64,000 nt of DNA, from the NCBI GenBank assembly GCA_050250935.1, contig JBFWNS010000001.1, forward strand, positions 18,331 through 82,330, given 5' to 3'. The notes beneath the pieces were generated by a model. The model was given only the letters and a program-made list of their open reading frames with translations, did no database searches and was not told where the DNA came from. Shown in pieces: positions 50,181 to 61,166 of this stretch. This DNA comes from Candidatus Margulisiibacteriota bacterium. GTDB lineage: Bacteria; Margulisbacteria; Marinamargulisbacteria; JBFWNS01. The translations under genes and the position numbers were made by a program. Numbering within the stretch: position 1 is the stretch's first letter; every line of letters begins with the position of its first letter.

Positions 50181-51152
50181 TTAATCTTGCGTATACGCCT
50201 TTAAATCGGACCTGCCGGACTTGTCTTTGAGGCGTTGGAGGGCTCGGCTTTCGATTTGGCGGATGCGTTCTCGGGTGAGGTTGAATTGTTTGCTGATTTG
50301 ATCGAGGGTTTGAGGGGGGTGATTGTCGAAGCCGAAGCGCCGTTTGAGCACCTCTTGTTCGCGGTCGGGCAACTCGGTTAGAACTTGTCGCAAGGTCTCT
50401 TTCATGAGGGTTTGCATGGCCGCTTCTTCGGGTTGTGGATGCTGGTCGTCTTCCACCACATCGCCCAACACATAGCCGTCTTCCGAGCCGATGGGTAAAT
50501 CGATGGACAAGGGCAGTTCTGCAACCTTTAAAATTTCGTGAACCCGCTTGAGTTCCATGCCCGATTTGGCCGCAATTTCTTCTTCGGTTGGGGTTCGGCT
50601 GAGCTCTTGCACCAGCTGGCGAGAGATCATGCGCAGGCGGTTGATGGCCTCGACCATGTGCACCGAAACGCGGATGGTTCGCCCTTGATCGGCCAGCGCT
50701 CTGGACATGGCTTGGCGAATCCACCACATGGCATAGGTGCTGAACTTAAACCCTTTTTTATAATCAAATTTTTCGACGGCCCGAATCAGGCCAATGTTGC
50801 CTTCTTGAATCAGATCCAAAAAGGGCAAACCCCGACCCACAAACCGCTTGGCCACACTGACCACCAAGCGCAGATTCGCCAAAATCAGTTGATGCTTGGC
50901 CTCCAGATCGCCGGCTTCGATTTGCTTGGCCAGGACAATTTCTTGGTCGCGGTCCAACAGGGGAATCCGACCAATTTCGCGTAAATACACTTTAACCGAA
51001 TCTTCAGTGACAATCGAAGTTGGAACTTCGAGGGCATTTTCGGCTTCCGCATCGGCGGCTGCATCGTCTAGGGTATCGGGTTCCTCCTCAAAAAAAGCGT
51101 CTTCAATCGAATGTTCGATGCGCGGATCAAGCGGTTTATTGGGCTCCACCAT
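50181..51152 (-). CDS. rpoD: Primary sigma-70 factor (short form)
   Basis: [54 protein letters not shown]; downstream of dnaG. Confidence 0.88.
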   Translation of the reverse strand: MVEPNKPLDPRIEHSIEDAFFEEEPDTLDDAAADAEAENALEVPTSIVTEDSVKVYLREIGRIPLLDRDQEIVLAKQIEAGDLEAKHQLILANLRLVVSVAKRFVGRGLPFLDLIQEGNIGLIRAVEKFDYKKGFKFSTYAMWWIRQAMSRALADQGRTIRVSVHMVEAINRLRMISRQLVQELSRTPTEEEIAAKSGMELKRVHEILKVAELPLSIDLPIGSEDGYVLGDVVEDDQHPQPEEAAMQTLMKETLRQVLTELPDREQEVLKRRFGFDNHPPQTLDQISKQFNLTRERIRQIESRALQRLKDKSGRSDLKAYTQD

Positions 51153-52872
51153 GACTCTCCTTCCTCAATAAGGACTGCAATTCGGTCAAAAGCGCATTGA
51201 TTTCGGGTTCTTGTCCGGGGAGCTTCTCGAGCTCCGCCACGCGGGATTTTAGGGTTTCAATACGACGTTGGGCTCGGGTTTCTTCAAACAACTTCAGACA
51301 GGCTTCGATCTGAAAACCGTCATGAGCGGCCATCATCACCCGTCCCATTTTCTGTTTTAACTGCGGATCGGTCAATGATCCCAAAAACGCCTGATCGACC
51401 AAATCGGACTTGGCCAACTGCTCGGCCAGCTCGCGGTGATCGGGAACAGTAAACGCTTCGCTGCGCCACTGGGTAAAAAAGTGGGTTCTTAAATTCAGAT
51501 CGCCCACCAAGCCCGCCAACACGGTTTCTTCGGCTTTGTCGAATTTGTTTTTTTGGGGTTGAACACGGTTTGGCGTTGGGGCACCGGAAACCGGGGTTGT
51601 CATGCGCAAGCGATCCAAAATCCATTCCGGCTCGACATTAAGGGTTTTGGCCATGTGGCGAATGTAGTATTTTTGGACCACATCGTCGGTTTCGGCCTTT
51701 AACAATGGGGCCATGAGCCGCAAAATATCGGCGGCATATTCGATGCGTTTGCCCGGGTATTTTTGCAGCAACCGCTCGAACATGACCTCGATGATGGATT
51801 TCGGAGATTCGACCAAGGCCCGGTAGGCGGCTTCGCCTTGTTCGGTGAGCACATCGGCAGGGTCTTTTTCGGGCAAAGCCAACACGAACACTTTAAGCTC
51901 TTGTTGGCGCAACACCTCGAAACTGCGCTCGACAGCCCGTTGCCCAGCCTCATCGCTATCGAAACCCAACACCACGGTTTGGGTGAAGCGTTTGAGGCGA
52001 ATGGCGTGTTCGTTCGTCAAGGCTGTGCCCAGGGTGGCAACGGTGTTTTTGAATCCAAATTGGTGAGAGACCATCACGTCCATATAGCCTTCGACGACGA
52101 TGGCCTTGTCTTGGGCTTTGATGGCTTGTTTGGCCAAATCAAGACCGTACAACACGCGGCGTTTGTTAAACAGCAGGGTCTCTTCGGAATTGATGTATTT
52201 TGCCGCCGATTCTGAAGGCTGAACCAACCGCCCCCCAAACCCCACCAACCGACTGCGCTCGTCGTGGACGGGGAACATCAGGCGTCCCCGAAACCGGCAA
52301 ACCCAATCGCCCCGCTCGGTTTTGAAAAACAACCCCGACTTGGCCAAGAGTTCTTGGGCATAGCCTTTTCCCAGCAAGATCTGATTTAAATCGAGGTTCG
52401 GCGGGCAATAGCCGATGTGAAATTCGGCCAAAGACAGCTCCGTTAGACCCCTTTTTTTGGCATAGTCTTCGGCCAAAGAGCCCGGAAAATGCTGCTTAAA
52501 CCATTCCCGACACACCACCAAAAGGTCTTGAATGGCCCCGCGGTCTTTGTCATCTTGGGATTCGAAGGTTGTTTTTTCGTCTTCTTCGATGGGAATGCCA
52601 GCCTTGGTGGCAATTTGGCGAATGGCATCGGTAAAGGACAGGTTTTCGATTTTCATGATGAAGGTGATGTGGTCCCCAGACTCTTGGCACCCAAAACAAT
52701 GAAACAGCTTTTTTTCGGCACTAACAGTAAACGATGGGCTGCGCTCGGAATGAAACGGACAAAGCCCCAAATGGTTACGCCCCCGCTTGCGCAGCGAGAC
52801 ATAATCGCCAATAATTTGGACAATGTCTGGGATGTTTCGAACTTGTTCTACGGTTGTTTTTGAAAGTGCCAT
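51136..52872 (-). CDS. dnaG: DNA primase
   Basis: CPFHSE zinc finger, FGGR, KYINS, VEGYMDV, FDSDEAG Toprim motifs. Confidence 0.97.
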   Translation of the reverse strand: MALSKTTVEQVRNIPDIVQIIGDYVSLRKRGRNHLGLCPFHSERSPSFTVSAEKKLFHCFGCQESGDHITFIMKIENLSFTDAIRQIATKAGIPIEEDEKTTFESQDDKDRGAIQDLLVVCREWFKQHFPGSLAEDYAKKRGLTELSLAEFHIGYCPPNLDLNQILLGKGYAQELLAKSGLFFKTERGDWVCRFRGRLMFPVHDERSRLVGFGGRLVQPSESAAKYINSEETLLFNKRRVLYGLDLAKQAIKAQDKAIVVEGYMDVMVSHQFGFKNTVATLGTALTNEHAIRLKRFTQTVVLGFDSDEAGQRAVERSFEVLRQQELKVFVLALPEKDPADVLTEQGEAAYRALVESPKSIIEVMFERLLQKYPGKRIEYAADILRLMAPLLKAETDDVVQKYYIRHMAKTLNVEPEWILDRLRMTTPVSGAPTPNRVQPQKNKFDKAEETVLAGLVGDLNLRTHFFTQWRSEAFTVPDHRELAEQLAKSDLVDQAFLGSLTDPQLKQKMGRVMMAAHDGFQIEACLKLFEETRAQRRIETLKSRVAELEKLPGQEPEINALLTELQSLLRKESHGGAQ

Positions 52873-53348
52873 GGTGTTGCAGAAAGGGTGATGGATAGCC
52901 CGCTGTCTTTGGGAATGCGGTGCTGTTTTCGATAGTTAAACATAGCATCTGTGTTCCATAAACCCAACGCCGTGACCACCCAAAAGATCAGATGATCGGC
53001 CAAGGTAGTGGGCAGTCGAATTCCCCGAGATTCGAGGTGATGCTGAAAAGCCGAGACAGTGGGTTCCAACTCTGCCCTTTTGGCTTCGGAAACCCGGAAT
53101 CCCCAGTGTAGAACCTGGATCCAATAGGCCAAGGCTTGGGGGTGGGCACTATCGGTGACAATCGGGCCAATGCTGGTAAACGCCAAGGGGGCATCGGGCT
53201 GTTCAAAGTGCACTGAAACCGACACCGCCTGACCCTGATGGTCTTGTGCGAAGTCGGCGATTTCTTTAAGCACAGCTTTGTCCAAGGTTTTCCCGGCCAA
53301 ATAGAATTGGTGACACAGCGTAGCAGGCAATACCCATGGATTTGGCAT
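52848..53348 (-). CDS. Hypothetical protein
   Basis: 166-aa ORF overlapping the dnaG start; no recognised motif. Confidence 0.5.
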   Translation of the reverse strand: MPNPWVLPATLCHQFYLAGKTLDKAVLKEIADFAQDHQGQAVSVSVHFEQPDAPLAFTSIGPIVTDSAHPQALAYWIQVLHWGFRVSEAKRAELEPTVSAFQHHLESRGIRLPTTLADHLIFWVVTALGLWNTDAMFNYRKQHRIPKDSGLSITLSATPWHFQKQP

Positions 53349-53455
53349 GCCTTATATTACTATTTCTTACCGCACTAGCCCACTCTTCTGGCCTTTTTTG
53401 AGCAAGCATTCTTGAAAACTTGCCCGAAAAAAGGGGTTTGCTATACTGGTTTGCT

Positions 53456-54058
53456 ATGAAAAAAACCCTAATTTTATTGTTGATTGCCCTGTGTTTTGCC
53501 AACCCGGTTCTCTGGGCAGCCGATAGCCCCTATCGTCTGAAACCCGGCGATACCCTCGAGGTTCGGGTGACCGGCCATACCGATTTGACCGTTGTCCAAA
53601 CCATTACCCCCGACGGCACCGTTTCGCTGCCCATGATGGGACGCACCCAGGCCAGCGGGAAAACCTTTGCCGAACTGGATGGCATCTTAAAACGCGGTCT
53701 TTCGGCCTATCTTAAAGACCCCGATGTGATGGTTTCGCTGAAACCCACCTCGAGCCCCAGTTCTGGGCCGGCCCCCTATTTTGTGACCATTCATGATCTT
53801 AAAACTGACACCTGGGAAGTCCATCCCGTACAAACCAAAGACGAAGTTGTTGCGTGGGCAGCCGGAAGATCCTACGACATTATCCCTGTTTTGGGGGCTC
53901 CCACAGCCCCACCCACATCCAACCTGAACACCTTGGTTTCCGGTCAAACCGTGCTGGTGCACATGGGCCGAACCCCCGATTTTTGGGAAGAGCATTGGTA
54001 TAAAATTGTCACCGCCGCCTCGATTGTGGTGGGGATTGTGGTTAGCTTGCGGCACTAG
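53456..54058 (+). CDS. Polysaccharide export (Wza-like) protein
   Basis: Signal peptide, YRLKPGDTLEV, PDGTVSLP, YLKDPDV; C-terminal hydrophobic helix. Confidence 0.8.
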   Translation: MKKTLILLLIALCFANPVLWAADSPYRLKPGDTLEVRVTGHTDLTVVQTITPDGTVSLPMMGRTQASGKTFAELDGILKRGLSAYLKDPDVMVSLKPTSSPSSGPAPYFVTIHDLKTDTWEVHPVQTKDEVVAWAAGRSYDIIPVLGAPTAPPTSNLNTLVSGQTVLVHMGRTPDFWEEHWYKIVTAASIVVGIVVSLRH

Positions 54059-54164
54059 TCCTTTTTGATGCATGACATTAATTCGATGTTTCGAACCCTT
54101 CTAGAAGCGGCATAATGGGGGTAGCACGTTTTGTGCCCATCACATTTTTTGGAGGAAAATACCT

Positions 54165-54284
54165 ATGGACCGTGAAAAACAATCACTAGATCATCCCGCA
54201 CACCAAGAGTTGGATGTTACAGAAATGGACAAGGTTGTGGGGGGCAGTATTGATGATAGCCAAAGCGGCGGAGATGGGTGGTAG
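54165..54284 (+). CDS. Double-glycine-leader peptide precursor (39 aa)
   Basis: GGAGG RBS at 54151; MDREKQSLDHPAHQELDVTEMDKVVGG-SIDDSQSGGDGW. Not in the ORF track. Confidence 0.7.
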   Translation: MDREKQSLDHPAHQELDVTEMDKVVGGSIDDSQSGGDGW

Positions 54285-54298
54285 CTATAGGACGTGGC

Positions 54299-57200
54299 CT
54301 AACGAATTCTTGCACCAAGGCCTCGGCTGATTATTAAATAGTTTATAGCCGAGGCTATTGCTCCAAAAATGTCTCCTAAACTAGCCGATACTGCGTTTCC
54401 AAAATTAAATAACAACACCAAACCACCCACAACCCTTGCTTGCTGAAGGGCCGTAAGCCCACCCCCTACCGAAAACAACGATCCCTCAAAAAAATGCTGA
54501 TTCAAGGCCTCCTGTGAAGACCGTCCACCCAATTCTGCATTTTGCTTGAGCATGGCATAAAGCTGTCGTGCTTCTTCTTGCTGGCCAACCCAAGCTTCAA
54601 AATCGGCTTCTTTCATGGCCAAAAGCTCGCCTACCCCTTGATGCAAAATGGAAGCCAAGCCCCCCGTGGAATCAGAAGCAGAAGAACTTACCCAATAGGG
54701 ACTGGATAATAGTGTGCCCAAAAGACCAATTAATTTTTGGCGAAAATGAGGGGCTAAACCAGGGGAATTCCAAAGCATTTTGGCCAACTCGTCAATTAAA
54801 ACCCCTTGCTTATTTCCACCAACGACTGGCAACAAATACTTCAAAAAGCTCCCTACAAAATTGCGCGCCGCCTTTCGGGCTTGGGATCCTTGAACATTAA
54901 TATTCAAATCCCTCAGCAAAGGCTCCATTAAACGATTGGCTTCATGCAAATAGCCTAGCTGCTGACCAATACCAGTTCGTTTGACCAGAACATCTTTTAT
55001 TTTTTGTGCCGTTAACCACTCTAAACCATGTTTATCCATTTTATGGTTAAGGTACATTACAACCGTTCGAACATCTGTCTCTTGGAGTTGGTATTGTCCT
55101 TTTTGAATAAATCGCAGATTTTCAAGCGCATCCCGAATATTGGCCTCATTATAGTTTCCGTTATAGCCCCCTATTACCTTTGCACAATCGAGAAGTTGAT
55201 CTTCCCATTTGGATGCCGGCAACATTTCCAAAGCTGCTGATTGGCGGTGACTGATACGATCGCTGGCACGTTGTGTCAGTCTAGAAATACCCCCCGAGAG
55301 TTTACGTAGTCCCAATCCAGCCAGCTTTGGAACACCCAAACAAACCCCTTTAACCACCGTTTTCCCTGCCGTGTAAAGTTTTACAGCACCACGACTTGTT
55401 GCCTCACAACACCTTCTTAGTATCCTTCGCTTTACTGGCGCAGAGCTCTCTCTCTTTATTTTATTAAAGAGCTTGGTTGCTTTAGCCGCATCCAAAATAC
55501 GTTCACCAACCACAATTTGTTGAGCGGCCAAAATACTAAAAACACTGTCCAACCCCTTAACCCAATCGGCTTTATTATTGGGGTTTGCAATACACTGCCA
55601 AAAACGAAGGTTATTGCCATCATAAAGCATGGCTTGCTCGCAATGCGCCAAACTGAGCCCAGGAATGGGGTGTTCTTGGCAATAGGCCCGCAATAACGCA
55701 ACACATTTATTGTCTAAGGAAACTTCAAAACCCAAGGTTGTTGCCAACAAGTGAAGGGCCACTTGAGCTTGGTCTGTGGTTGAATCCACCAACGATAATA
55801 AATGGCGCTGAAAATCCAATTGACTTCTAGACAAATGAATTTTTCTGGCGGCTATGGCAGGAACAGCCTTCCATAATTCCGCACAATAAGAACCCAGATC
55901 ATGACCATAAACACTTCCAGACACCATCTTCATCACCATGGCATCCAGTGTTAAAAATGTTGCGGCTCCTGCTCCAATACAAAACCGTAATCCTATCGTC
56001 CCCAGCTGATACAGTGCATTCACAGGGTTTTTAAGGGCAGCTTTAACAGTTTGACCCACTGTTCTTTCTTCGGCTCGGTGATGGGGAAATTTGCTTGTTT
56101 GGTCGGTTTCACTGGCGGATGCAGCAGATTCGATAGACATGCTATTCAGCATTTTTCTAAAGAGTTTTTGGAGCATATCCGCACGAACAATCCGCTCTGG
56201 CGGTTCTTTTGGTTTTTTCAGTTCAGGTTGAGGTTTTCGCCCACAACACGATTTCACCCATCGCCAAGCACGACTGAAGCGGCCTGGGGCTTTATCTTGC
56301 TCCATCACTCTTTTTTCGAAGTCCGGGGCGGTTCGTTCTGATAAAGTCACCATCCACATCGCCATAAAATTGGCTTTGGACTGAATGTCGGCTAGGGTTT
56401 TGGTGTTTTTGCTGTCATTCAGCTTCCAACCCGATAGTTGAGGGGGAAGATACTGGAAGGTCAGATCGCCATCTTTGATGTATTTGATGATTTCACCTTG
56501 CGTTGTATCAATGACCAAGCAGGTGAGTTTCTTGGCAAATTCATATAGCTGCGCTTCTGAACCATAATATATTGATAAAGGCATCAAAGCCGGGCCTGCG
56601 GTTTGATGTTGATTTACCCAATCGATGATGGTGTTGATATAGCTTGTTAAAACTGTTTCAAACGATGTCGTGGTCTTACTTGTACCGCTAGAAGACTGAA
56701 TTTCGTCATCTAATAATGCTTGTATAGGGCTTCGGAGCTTATCGGCCAAGTCTTGTTTCGTGCTTACTGGGGCTGCTTTGGATGGGGTTGTGACAAAAAG
56801 CGCATCCGATGTGGCCTGGGCCAGGGCATCGTTTTGTGTTTCAACACGGACAAAAGCACCCGCTTGGAGGGCGAGCTGAAAAGGGATTTCCGTGGCCTCC
56901 ATCTCTTTTCGCACCGAACGTTTGCCAACGGGAGTCCCCTGTTGGGCATAGTACCAAAGCCATTTGGGCAGCGTATTTTCTGGAAGGTCTGGAGGTGCTG
57001 GCTTTAGCCTTCTTCGAAGCGATCTTTGATCCAGCTTATCTGGTAAAACACTGTGAAAATGATGATCTTTTGATTCTAGGGTAAGCAAATAACCGATGCG
57101 TCCCCCTGTTTGTTCGATCAGTGCAAAAGACGCCTGTCTGGCAACAGAGATTAACTGATTATCCTGCAGTGAATCCAGTTGTGTCTCATCCCAATTAGCC

Positions 57201-57496
57201 CCATGTTTATTCAGAATAGCAAACAAAACCTTCAAATAAGCCAAGGTGGCATTTCCTGTTTGAGAGCGCACAAGGCCACGTTCTGCATCATCCCCACTTT
57301 GCAATAAGGGAAGCTCCATAGCACCTCGTTGTGATGGTCGTGATGTGATTTGAACTTGCCGAGTAGTGGCAAGCATTCTTTGGGCATCAGCTAGCCAACG
57401 CGCATGCTCTAGGTGCATCTGGCCAAGAATGGTTGGAAGATCTCTAAACCGTTGTGGATCTATAAACGATGTTGTGACTGCAATAAGCTTTTTCAC
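54299..57496 (-). CDS. Large orphan protein (1065 aa) with hydrophobic segments
   Basis: Long uninterrupted ORF; no family motif recognised. Confidence 0.8.
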   Translation of the reverse strand: MKKLIAVTTSFIDPQRFRDLPTILGQMHLEHARWLADAQRMLATTRQVQITSRPSQRGAMELPLLQSGDDAERGLVRSQTGNATLAYLKVLFAILNKHGANWDETQLDSLQDNQLISVARQASFALIEQTGGRIGYLLTLESKDHHFHSVLPDKLDQRSLRRRLKPAPPDLPENTLPKWLWYYAQQGTPVGKRSVRKEMEATEIPFQLALQAGAFVRVETQNDALAQATSDALFVTTPSKAAPVSTKQDLADKLRSPIQALLDDEIQSSSGTSKTTTSFETVLTSYINTIIDWVNQHQTAGPALMPLSIYYGSEAQLYEFAKKLTCLVIDTTQGEIIKYIKDGDLTFQYLPPQLSGWKLNDSKNTKTLADIQSKANFMAMWMVTLSERTAPDFEKRVMEQDKAPGRFSRAWRWVKSCCGRKPQPELKKPKEPPERIVRADMLQKLFRKMLNSMSIESAASASETDQTSKFPHHRAEERTVGQTVKAALKNPVNALYQLGTIGLRFCIGAGAATFLTLDAMVMKMVSGSVYGHDLGSYCAELWKAVPAIAARKIHLSRSQLDFQRHLLSLVDSTTDQAQVALHLLATTLGFEVSLDNKCVALLRAYCQEHPIPGLSLAHCEQAMLYDGNNLRFWQCIANPNNKADWVKGLDSVFSILAAQQIVVGERILDAAKATKLFNKIKRESSAPVKRRILRRCCEATSRGAVKLYTAGKTVVKGVCLGVPKLAGLGLRKLSGGISRLTQRASDRISHRQSAALEMLPASKWEDQLLDCAKVIGGYNGNYNEANIRDALENLRFIQKGQYQLQETDVRTVVMYLNHKMDKHGLEWLTAQKIKDVLVKRTGIGQQLGYLHEANRLMEPLLRDLNINVQGSQARKAARNFVGSFLKYLLPVVGGNKQGVLIDELAKMLWNSPGLAPHFRQKLIGLLGTLLSSPYWVSSSASDSTGGLASILHQGVGELLAMKEADFEAWVGQQEEARQLYAMLKQNAELGGRSSQEALNQHFFEGSLFSVGGGLTALQQARVVGGLVLLFNFGNAVSASLGDIFGAIASAINYLIISRGLGARIR

Positions 57497-57678
57497 GGTT
57501 GGTTCCTAATTTTTACACTAAGTTATCGGGAGCTTGCTGTCAAAATTGCAGTTGTGTCTATTTTGAAGGGAAGAGAAGTTTTGAATTTTTTGGCTAAAAT
57601 GAGGTTATTTTGGGCAGTCTCGTGGATAAAATTAAGACTGGCCTAGCAAAAGTTTCTACAATTTGAGTTAGAAAGTAG

Positions 57679-57754
57679 TGGTGGAGATGACAGGGATCGA
57701 ACCTGCGACCTCCTGCGTGCAAGGCAGGCGCTCTCCCAGCTGAGCTACATCCCC
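57679..57754 (-). tRNA. tRNA-Ala(TGC)
   Basis: Reverse complement GGGGATGTAGCTCAGCTGGGAGAGCGCCTGCCTTGCACGCAGG...CTCCACCA. Confidence 0.97.
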
Positions 57755-57854
57755 ACAAGGGACCCCCAGGATACCGAAAATTCGGGTCCAGGACAAGGTG
57801 GATCTCTTTTATTGAAATTTTTTGGGGTTGGGCTCGAAAATTTAGTAATACAAG

Positions 57855-59285
57855 ATGCAGTACAAACAGGTCAGTTTACACATCGGCATCTCCCTTCGGG
57901 ACCTAGAAGACATTGTTTGGCAATGTCATCGCGAAGGGCTGGTTAATATCCATGATTTTGAGTCTCGGTTCTGGGACACTTTTCCAGCCATGCGGCTGCA
58001 CCAAGATAGTGTTCAAGCGCCACGAACCCCAGCCATCCTAGGACTCATCGATCGCATTCATCAAGAGATTTTAGCCCTTCGCGAGCAGCATCCCAATCTG
58101 TCCTTACTTTTTGACGCGTTGGATGAAACCCCGAGACAAACCATCTCTTCTCCCCTACCCTTTACACCTCAAAAACCGTTTCGGGTTCTGGTGAAAGGGG
58201 AAGGCCCCAACGGACAAGTGTGTGTGATGCAACTGAAGCAGGTGGGCGCAGATGTTGTGGCCACGGAATCCCGCAGCGACCATGGCTCTCGGGCTTTTGA
58301 TACCCGCTATGGATCTTTGAGCTATAAAAACCATAGCTATTTGGCCGGATTGTTGGGGCAAGATAGCCTGAGGTACCTTGAAACCCAAACCGATTGTGTT
58401 CGATTTAGCTCAACCGATTCTCATTCTCCCAATGCCCTTCGTGCCAGTACTGGCACGTTTCAAGACGTCTTTGATGCTCGAATTCGAGGAACATTAAAGG
58501 TACGAGTATGGTTTGAACACGAACTTCCAGATGCCCCTAGCACCTGGAATTTGATCGTCCATACCACTGGCGTTTCTGGACGAAACCGAGAACTTCAAAA
58601 CGATACCCTTCGGTCCCAAGCCGGATTCTTTTCCCTGCCCGGGCTGACCACCTATGCCGAAACCGCTGTTAATCTTGAACATACCCAGGCTACCCATGGC
58701 TTTGTCCGCGAAAACAACTATGCCTTGCCCAATTTTTTCCATGTTCGAAAACATGTGACCACGGGCCGCAACCTTGGGCCTGTTGTGACGCATTTGCGTG
58801 CCTCGATTCCGGAAACTGAAAGAACCAATCAATTGTTTGCCGACATTGTCCAAGCACCCACAGCCGCGTTTGTGTATTACATGAGATCCAAAACCCACGC
58901 CGATGAACCCACTCGCTTTGCCGATCACCTGAAACACAGCGGATTTTCCATCACCCCAGACTGCCTAAAAACACCCTTAATCGAGGGGGACGACTGTCTG
59001 CATGCCTTTGTGGGAGATGCCAGCGGACAATCCCATTTTGTGGGCGGGTACGGGCAAAACAAGGGCTCCATCGAAGCCGCGTTGTTGGGCCGACTGGTTC
59101 GGGCCAAACACTGTTTGTCCGAATTGGAGGCCCAGGGAGTTTCGCCAAAACAGCTGGGCCCCCTCCATCGCCTGTTTACCCAATTGGCCAAAGCCGAACA
59201 CGAGGCCGTGGTGGAACTCTTTTTTTGGAACTGTGTTTTCGATGCCCTATGCTGCCACCTGAACCCCACGCCCAACAGGACCTAA
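57855..59285 (+). CDS. Hypothetical protein with divergent FAD-monooxygenase-like motifs
   Basis: RVLVKGEGPNG (GxGxxG) and FVGDASGQSHFVGGYGQNKG. Confidence 0.6.
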   Translation: MQYKQVSLHIGISLRDLEDIVWQCHREGLVNIHDFESRFWDTFPAMRLHQDSVQAPRTPAILGLIDRIHQEILALREQHPNLSLLFDALDETPRQTISSPLPFTPQKPFRVLVKGEGPNGQVCVMQLKQVGADVVATESRSDHGSRAFDTRYGSLSYKNHSYLAGLLGQDSLRYLETQTDCVRFSSTDSHSPNALRASTGTFQDVFDARIRGTLKVRVWFEHELPDAPSTWNLIVHTTGVSGRNRELQNDTLRSQAGFFSLPGLTTYAETAVNLEHTQATHGFVRENNYALPNFFHVRKHVTTGRNLGPVVTHLRASIPETERTNQLFADIVQAPTAAFVYYMRSKTHADEPTRFADHLKHSGFSITPDCLKTPLIEGDDCLHAFVGDASGQSHFVGGYGQNKGSIEAALLGRLVRAKHCLSELEAQGVSPKQLGPLHRLFTQLAKAEHEAVVELFFWNCVFDALCCHLNPTPNRT

Positions 59286-59326
59286 ACCCTGGCTAAACGG
59301 AGGGGTCCTTGTGTATGATTTTGGCC

Positions 59327-60616
59327 ATGTCAATTTCTAGAGCTCCACGCATTCTATTTGCCCTAACCCATGTCGCAAGGCCATTTTTTGCAAGCGTGTT
59401 GGTTCAGATGCGCAGGGCATCGGATGCGGCAGCCCCACAGCCTCCAAAATTTCGACACATGAGCCCAGAACACCGGCGACGGGCTTTGGAAGCTTGGCAC
59501 AATCTTCCTGTCGGCACCTTGGACGAGCACGTTGTCCCCGAACCAACCTTAAACGCACTCTACGAAAACGTGTGGGGAACCTTTGGCATGGCATTTTGCG
59601 CGGTTCCCAATGTGGTGATTAACGGCAAGAAAGTGACGATACCCGGTGTTACCGAAGAGCCCTCGATTGTGGCCGCCTTGGCCAATGCCAGCAAAGTCCC
59701 CTATGAAGGCGAAGGGCCCTCGAGAGCCATTTGCACAGCCCAACTTCTTTTTGTTCGCCAAGCCCCTGGAGGTTTACTTAAACAAGCCATCAATAGGCTG
59801 CGGGCCGAAGAAAATGGGCTTCGGGCCCTGCTTCAAGATCAGGGCCCGGACAAAATCAAGCGCCTCTTCATTCGAGGCGGGGGGTTTGCCGGACCCTGGG
59901 TCTATTCTTGGCTTTCGAAACAAATGTTTGTTACCGAGATGCCTTTTGATGTTCGAGAGGCCATGGGGGCAAATTTGGTGAATATCGCAGCCGAATATTT
60001 AGGCCCCAAAATGGCCCAAATTCTGGGAAAAGAATGGGCCAGTCGATTGCATATTTTAACCAACAATGCCGAATATCGTATTTCCACTGCAACCCAACGC
60101 ATTCCCATCGCTTCGCTTGCAACCTCGACCTTAACCGGCAAAGAAGTTGCCGAGCGAATGGTGGATGCTTATCGCTTCGCCAAACTCAATGAAAACCGCG
60201 CTATCACCAACAACAAAGGGGGCATGAACGGGGCCTCGGCTCTGGCCCTTGCCACTGGACAAGACATTCGGGGATTGGAAGCAGCTGCCCATTTTTATGC
60301 TCGGAATTTGGGCGTTAACCCCAACACAGGGGCTCCCCAATATGGCCCCTTGGCTTCTTGGGCCATTGAAGGGGACCACTTGGTGGGCCGTGTGGCGCTG
60401 CCCACCCCCACCACCACCGTTGGTCGCTTGGTTGAAGAACATCCAGGCGTCCGGCTGGCCTTTAAGCTATTGGGAAATCCCACCAACCGGGACTTGGGCT
60501 TGTACCTAGCCGTTGCATTTTTGGGCAGCAACGGCGCCGCCTTACGGGCCCTTTGTACCGATGGCATTAACGCAGGCCACCTTCGGCTACACAGCGAGTA
60601 TAAAAGCAAACCCTAG
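59327..60616 (+). CDS. Class II HMG-CoA reductase-like protein
   Basis: ENVWG, TEEPSIVAA, EAMGAN, TNNKGGMNG, GQDIRGLEAAAH, GHLRLH motifs. Confidence 0.85.
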   Translation: MSISRAPRILFALTHVARPFFASVLVQMRRASDAAAPQPPKFRHMSPEHRRRALEAWHNLPVGTLDEHVVPEPTLNALYENVWGTFGMAFCAVPNVVINGKKVTIPGVTEEPSIVAALANASKVPYEGEGPSRAICTAQLLFVRQAPGGLLKQAINRLRAEENGLRALLQDQGPDKIKRLFIRGGGFAGPWVYSWLSKQMFVTEMPFDVREAMGANLVNIAAEYLGPKMAQILGKEWASRLHILTNNAEYRISTATQRIPIASLATSTLTGKEVAERMVDAYRFAKLNENRAITNNKGGMNGASALALATGQDIRGLEAAAHFYARNLGVNPNTGAPQYGPLASWAIEGDHLVGRVALPTPTTTVGRLVEEHPGVRLAFKLLGNPTNRDLGLYLAVAFLGSNGAALRALCTDGINAGHLRLHSEYKSKP

Positions 60617-60703
60617 GTCCTTTGGGTTTCCAAGTCCCAATGTTATACTCCGCCCATCCCCTAGGCTCCAGGTTTAAGGGAAATTTTTTTGGGAGGGTTA
60701 TGT

Positions 60704-61114
60704 ATGGACCAGATTAATTGGGTTGCCGTTGGGGTGGCCACCGTTTTGCAGTTTGGATTGGGAGGCTTGTGGTATTCGCCCAAAGTCTTTGGCAAAATTT
60801 GGATGACTTCGATTGGCCTGACCCCAGACATCGCCGAAGAAGCCAAGAAAAAAGGCATGGCCAAAGCCATGATTATTTGTCTGATTTCTTGCTTTTTTCT
60901 GGCAACATCTACGGTGCATTTTATCGGCTTGGTTCAAGCCACGAGTATTAAATCGGCCATCTATCAGCTGATTTGCCCTGTGGTTGGCTTTATTTTGGCG
61001 CCCGTTGCCATGGGCATCGAATTTGAGCAACGCAAATGGGGTTATTTTTGGGTGACAGCTGGGTATTTGGTTGTGGGAATGGGGATTGCAGCAGTGGCTG
61101 CGGTGTTGTTGTAG
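60704..61114 (+). CDS. DUF1761 membrane protein
   Basis: INWVAV, LGGLWYSPKVFGKIW; four TM segments. Confidence 0.85.
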   Translation: MDQINWVAVGVATVLQFGLGGLWYSPKVFGKIWMTSIGLTPDIAEEAKKKGMAKAMIICLISCFFLATSTVHFIGLVQATSIKSAIYQLICPVVGFILAPVAMGIEFEQRKWGYFWVTAGYLVVGMGIAAVAAVLL

Positions 61115-61166
61115 GAAGAACTCGAATTGTGGAAGAGTGGAAATCTCCACCCTTCCACAGCAACGC

